In this document: piece after piece, positions 59,801-64,000 of the stretch | How positions within the stretch are numbered: the stretch's first letter is position 1 | Layout: every line of letters starts with the position of its first letter | Source of the DNA: Balanoglossus misakiensis | Taxonomy: Eukaryota > Animalia > Hemichordata | Assembly (NCBI GenBank): GCA_040954595.2 | Contig: CM082596.2 | Coordinates: forward strand, 5,158,791-5,222,790 | DNA length: 64,000 bases | Reading direction: 5' to 3' | Translations under genes and position numbers: made by a program | The notes under the pieces: generated by a model | Database searches by the model: none | Told to the model about the DNA's origin: nothing | What the model saw: only the letters and a program-made list of their open reading frames with translations

Positions 59801-62800
59801 ACACCTTTTTTGCCAGCTCCAAGTGTGGTTGGTTTTTTGCCCAGAGTCTTCTTTTTGGTGACTTTCTTCTCTTTGCTGTCACCCGGTTTGGCGTTCTCTG
59901 TGGCTAAGGTGTCGCTGTCACTGTCAATGGTTATCGGCTCATCAACTACAATAATATTTTTGAGGAAAAAATGAAGTTAACTTTTCTGTTGACCCTGAAG
60001 TGTGGTTAATTCTCAGGAAAAGTTCTGTTTGGGGCTCAACAATGCTGCCATGGAATAAAGAAGCTCTAACAAGAAACATTACTCAACATTAGCTCTGTTG
60101 TATTCTGAACTGTTCCTTCCCCACACTCTCAACACCACATTTCCACACATCTAATACTTGCCTGTACTCGGCTGGGAGGTTGCAGTCTGAGATGTGAGCC
60201 GTGTAGCTTCAGACTCCGATTCACTGTCGAACGATGGAATGGCTCTCGTCTCGGGGGGTTTCAATCCAAAGTCGCTGTCATCAGAGTCTGAGGGGATCTT
60301 GAAGGAGTCGTCTTCCTTGGGTTGGCTAGCAACATTATTAACGGCACCATAACCCTCATCATCGTCGCTGAACCTGTATTTAGTTTGGGGGGCTGTTGAC
60401 AGACACACAAACATTTCTAACGACATGACATCATTAACTCTAATCATGTAAAACACCACTGATGTACAAGGAGACCCTTTTCTGGCCTGCTCAAATGTCC
60501 GAAGTATCATGACTCAGTCCAAACTGAAATAAAAACAAACAAAATATTCAGATGGCTTACCAGCATCGGAATCCAGATCTAAATCCGATTCCGAGTCGGA
60601 CCACGGATTCCTTTTGGCTTTTTTCTTCCCTTTCTTGGCAGGCGACTTAGTGGGTGACCTGGTCTGGGTGGTTTGCTTCTTGGCCTTTTTGTTACCTGCA
60701 GAATTAAAAGAGTCGACGATCAGCAAAAAAATTGCCTTTTTTATTTGTGTAATCGAAACAATAAAACGATTTGTAGACAACTATTTTTTAACATACATTC
60801 AGATTATGGCAAATTCCGGAAAGAGACACTTCAGTCTGGTTGGCAAGGTAACAAAAAAAGCAAAAGATTCAAACTAACCAGATGTCAAGTCTTTCCCCAT
60901 GGCAAACATAGCAATTGTGCAAAGTTATCAAAATAAATACTTTAATCACAGATCAGTATTTCTCCAAAGTGTTTCAGTACATTAATTTTTAAGACCCAAT
61001 CATTTTAAACTTGACCATATTCTTGTACATTTTACTATCCTATCAATGTGGATTCTACCGTCTGGTGTTTAATCACATAAATCTGTGCGATATTAATTCA
61101 TGAGTTTGTAAATTTCACCCCAGTAAAATGCTGGCTGTAAATGCTCTATATTGCACTGATATTTTACAAGTGCTCAAACAATCTACATTCATATAAGTCT
61201 CCACAATTTGTTTATTTTGAAGAAAAGTTGAACGTGCAACTTAAATGTAACGGCTCGCCTCGGTGTCGACTTTCTCTCTGATAATACAGCATTTTTTCCA
61301 GAGCTACACACGGATGAAAATCTGTCAGTCACACTAGTGCAGGAAACTGCATTTGAGTCGGACTGACAAACCCAACTAGTGTTGTTCTGTGACAAAGGGG
61401 ATCTGTGCAACGGGCAGCAATACACTGACCTCAAATGTTCCGTGTTACTTGAACTCAAAGACTGGCTGATTAAATTGCTAAAGACACTGTTCGTGCTAAA
61501 AGATCTCTTTGGGGGAAACATGAAATGGCTTTCTGTACCCATTGCGCCGACTTTGACACCCTTCAGCTTCAGTCTCTCCATCAGACTCAATGGTTCGTCG
61601 CTGACGGGCTCTTCCTTGACACTGTCTTCTTTGGCACCAAAGATATCAGACACTGTCTTGTCTTCATTGTCTTCTACCTTTATCGCTTTCTGTAAGATGC
61701 ACAAAAAAGGAATTGTCTGAAAAGGGGGGATCTCCATGTGTGAACTAAGACAAGGCATGATATGATCTCGCTGTGAATTCCTGGTAATCAAATCAATTTT
61801 CAGTACCAAAAACTTTGCTATCTCCAAACATAAGTCCGATGCTAAAAATCAAATCTGCATGTAGTTATAATATAAATGTCAGCAGAGACCACTCAGATGA
61901 AGCTAATATCCCATCAGACTACACTTTAAAATAAGAAACATGTACAGTCCCTCAAGTACCTCTATCAAAGCACTGAGAATTTCTTTTGTTTATTTACCCT
62001 GCCCCTGCTGCGTCCTTTGCCTGCACCTTCTGCTCTCTTCTTCACGTCATCAATCCTGGGCACAACCCTTCTGCCCATGGGTGAGGGTTTAGTTTCTTCA
62101 TATACAGCCTTTTTCCGGGGTTTCATCTTGCCTTTACCGTGGGCCACAGGACCTGAGGGCAACCGGTCGTCCTCTCTTTCTTGAGCCTCAACCGCCTGCA
62201 ACCCAAAAATACAAACAGGTATCCCTTTAATAACAGTGATTGGTTGGCATTTCTTTCCTTTGCAAGTTCTTGTTGGGGGGGTTGTCGAAATATACATTAC
62301 AAAATAGGTGTCGCCAAGCAAGTCAATGAAATTATAAGTTGCTAAATTTGTCTGATAAATAAAGAATATTACGAGTCAGCATTTTCAACGTGTTATCTCA
62401 AAATGGCAATAGCATTTTCAAGTTCTAGATTGAATTTTCTTATTTTCTTTGCCCAAACCAGATTCAAAATTTAATGAAAATGACCAGAGGAAGTTGAGTA
62501 CTTACATCAAGCTTCTCAGAGAAGGCATTTAAATCGTCAATCCACAGATCATTGGGCGTCTTCATTCGCAGGTCTGATAGTTCGGCAGCCTGTGTAATTA
62601 AACAAAAATGACAAAGCGTAGCTCAGTAAACAATTTTGTGATATACTGGTACTTGACACTTATCTTCAAAGCAGATGACATGAACTCAACACATATGTTG
62701 TCTGATGCAAAAACAGCCAAATTCGGTTGTTTATATGACAGCCAATAAAGGAAAAAAATGACCATGAATTGGTTTATCTTTCTGCACTGACCTTTTCATC

Positions 62801-63851
62801 TCTGTGTTTGAGGAGTTCATCTTTCTTTTCTCTGGACAGACTCATCAAGGGCATGTTCAGCAGATAGTTGAAGTCGACACCCGTGCCCGACGCTGTCGAG
62901 AACTGACTGGATGTGTCGTCATCATCGTCTTCCATCTCATCATCTTTGCCTTGATTCTGTGATTCTTTCCACGACTTGACTGGGTCCGAATCATAGCCGC
63001 GCTGCACAAGCATCGATATCACATCTTTCTTCTTCTTGTTTTCTGGAAAGAGATAAAAAATGATCACAAAGATCGTCTTTGTATCACAATCAATCATAGC
63101 AACTCGACAACCTCATCTCAGTCATTAAACCCAAAGCAGGGATGTCGAATATTTCCATTGCAGGTGCCATATTACTCTTATAGGAAACAATTGGGTTGGA
63201 CCAAACCATGGTAATGAAAGGGTTAAGGCAATGCCTGGATACACACACAAAAATAAGAACCGTCAGCTCACCGATGACAATGGTGCCCTCGATCTTCTCC
63301 AAGATGAACCGCGCTTGGTTGTCCAACCTCAGAGACTCGGCTGCCAACATGCCTTCCAGGTACGCCTTACGAATCCTGTACCGCTCCAGTCGCAGATCAA
63401 AGAACTCTCTGAAGATTTCTGTGACACTGTCGTATTTCCTGATGCAGCCATTGGAATCGAAAAGCACCTGCAGCAAAAAAGTCAAAGTCAAATGTGATTC
63501 AAAAGAGTGTACAAAATGCTGGAATTTACATAAATCCAGAAAAATAACAGTGCTATAGGACACTGACAAGACTAACCATAATGGGTGATTTCTTACACCA
63601 ACACAACGGTCAATCTTTCAGCACTCTATCTAAACTGCATGTTGGTGTGCTGGCTAACTCTTTTTTGTCTCGGAAATCTCTCCTTCCTGACAGAGGGTAC
63701 ACATGTTGTACTTACACTGTTGGTCTGTGAAAGCGTTGTTTGCAATTTGAAGACTTTATGAAGGCCTTGCTCTTCTGCTTTGAACAGTTTGTCTTCTGTC
63801 ATTTTGATGACAAACTTGACAGTGGTGTCAGTGTGGTACTCTTTGTAATCA
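56811..63851 (-). CDS. TOP2: DNA topoisomerase II (TOP2A/B orthologue), 3' portion; gene continues off the right edge
   Basis: Exons 63851-63716 (DYKEYHTDTTVKFVIKM), 63467-63272 (VLFDSNGCIRKYD...NQARFILEKIEG), 63042-62792 (RGYDSDPVKSWK, FNYLLNMPL), 62589-62506, 62195-61998, 61689-61539, 60695-60561 (KRNPWSDSESD), 60392-60162, 59945-59805, 59695-59582, 58143-57938 and 57017-56811 (RTGRTKAPIKYNFGETSDSDY-stop). Phases are consistent. Confidence 0.95.
57174..57366. mobile_element. Kolobok-like MITE (family A), TTAA TSD
   Basis: TTAA|aggtatacggtcacct ... aggtgactgtgtacct|TTAA terminal inverted repeats. Confidence 0.85.
57363..57459 (+). mobile_element. Family C MITE sharing its left TTAA with the family A element
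   Basis: ttaaccgcttccccaccatggtccagtccaaa...gggggtgaaagggttaa. Confidence 0.8.
57480..57834. mobile_element. Foldback Kolobok-like MITE (family B) with ~125-bp inverted arms, TTAA TSD
   Basis: TTAA|agggacaaagtctctctctcgctg...ccacacacaacttccatcc pairs with ggatggaagttgtgtgtgg...cagcgagagagagactttgcccct|TTAA. The centre is also self-complementary (caaaatgaataa / ttattcattttg). Confidence 0.9.
63170..63226 (-). mobile_element. Family C MITE fragment in a TOP2 intron
   Basis: ttggaccaaaccatggtaatgaaagggttaa, the reverse complement of the family 5' end. Confidence 0.7.
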
Positions 63852-64000
63852 CTGAAAAAGAACATTTAAAAAAATGCAATTATTTTGATAGTTCCAAGCC
63901 ATAGAGTGTTTGTCAGAAATCAGTTTCAGGGTTAATAGGCTGTACTGTACTTTTGAAAAGCAAGTTATCAGAACCACACAATCTTTCTACTTAGCTTTTC

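Noticed and set aside
61430-61477. Possible extra TOP2 cassette exon ending at GAG|GTCAGT
   Set aside because: Candidate acceptors give immediate in-frame stops or the wrong phase and have weak pyrimidine tracts.

Overview
This is AT-rich, intron-containing metazoan genomic DNA. Gene content and splice architecture suggest an invertebrate deuterostome-like animal (inference). Six protein-coding genes can be spliced by eye with phase-consistent junctions. (1) The 5' part of an uncharacterised methyltransferase-like gene (-, runs off the left edge). (2) A secreted protein I cannot assign to a known gene, with a signal peptide, a duplicated helical segment, six acidic Ser-Gly repeats and three LDLa modules (+). 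(3) RNF41/Nrdp1 with an intronless CDS (-). (4) A complete SETD2 (+), head-to-head with RNF41 and needing a 13-nt micro-exon. (5) A complete p75NTR/NGFR-type receptor (+) with a 10.6-kb first intron. (6) The 3' part of TOP2 (-, runs off the right edge), with a probable GC-AG intron and possible cryptic stop-containing exons. Non-coding DNA carries several TTAA- and TA-flanked MITE families (including a chimeric copy and a three-element pile-up), microsatellites, hairpins and old local duplications. No rRNA, tRNA, CRISPR or transposase gene was recognised. All homology statements are from recall of the protein families, not from database searches.
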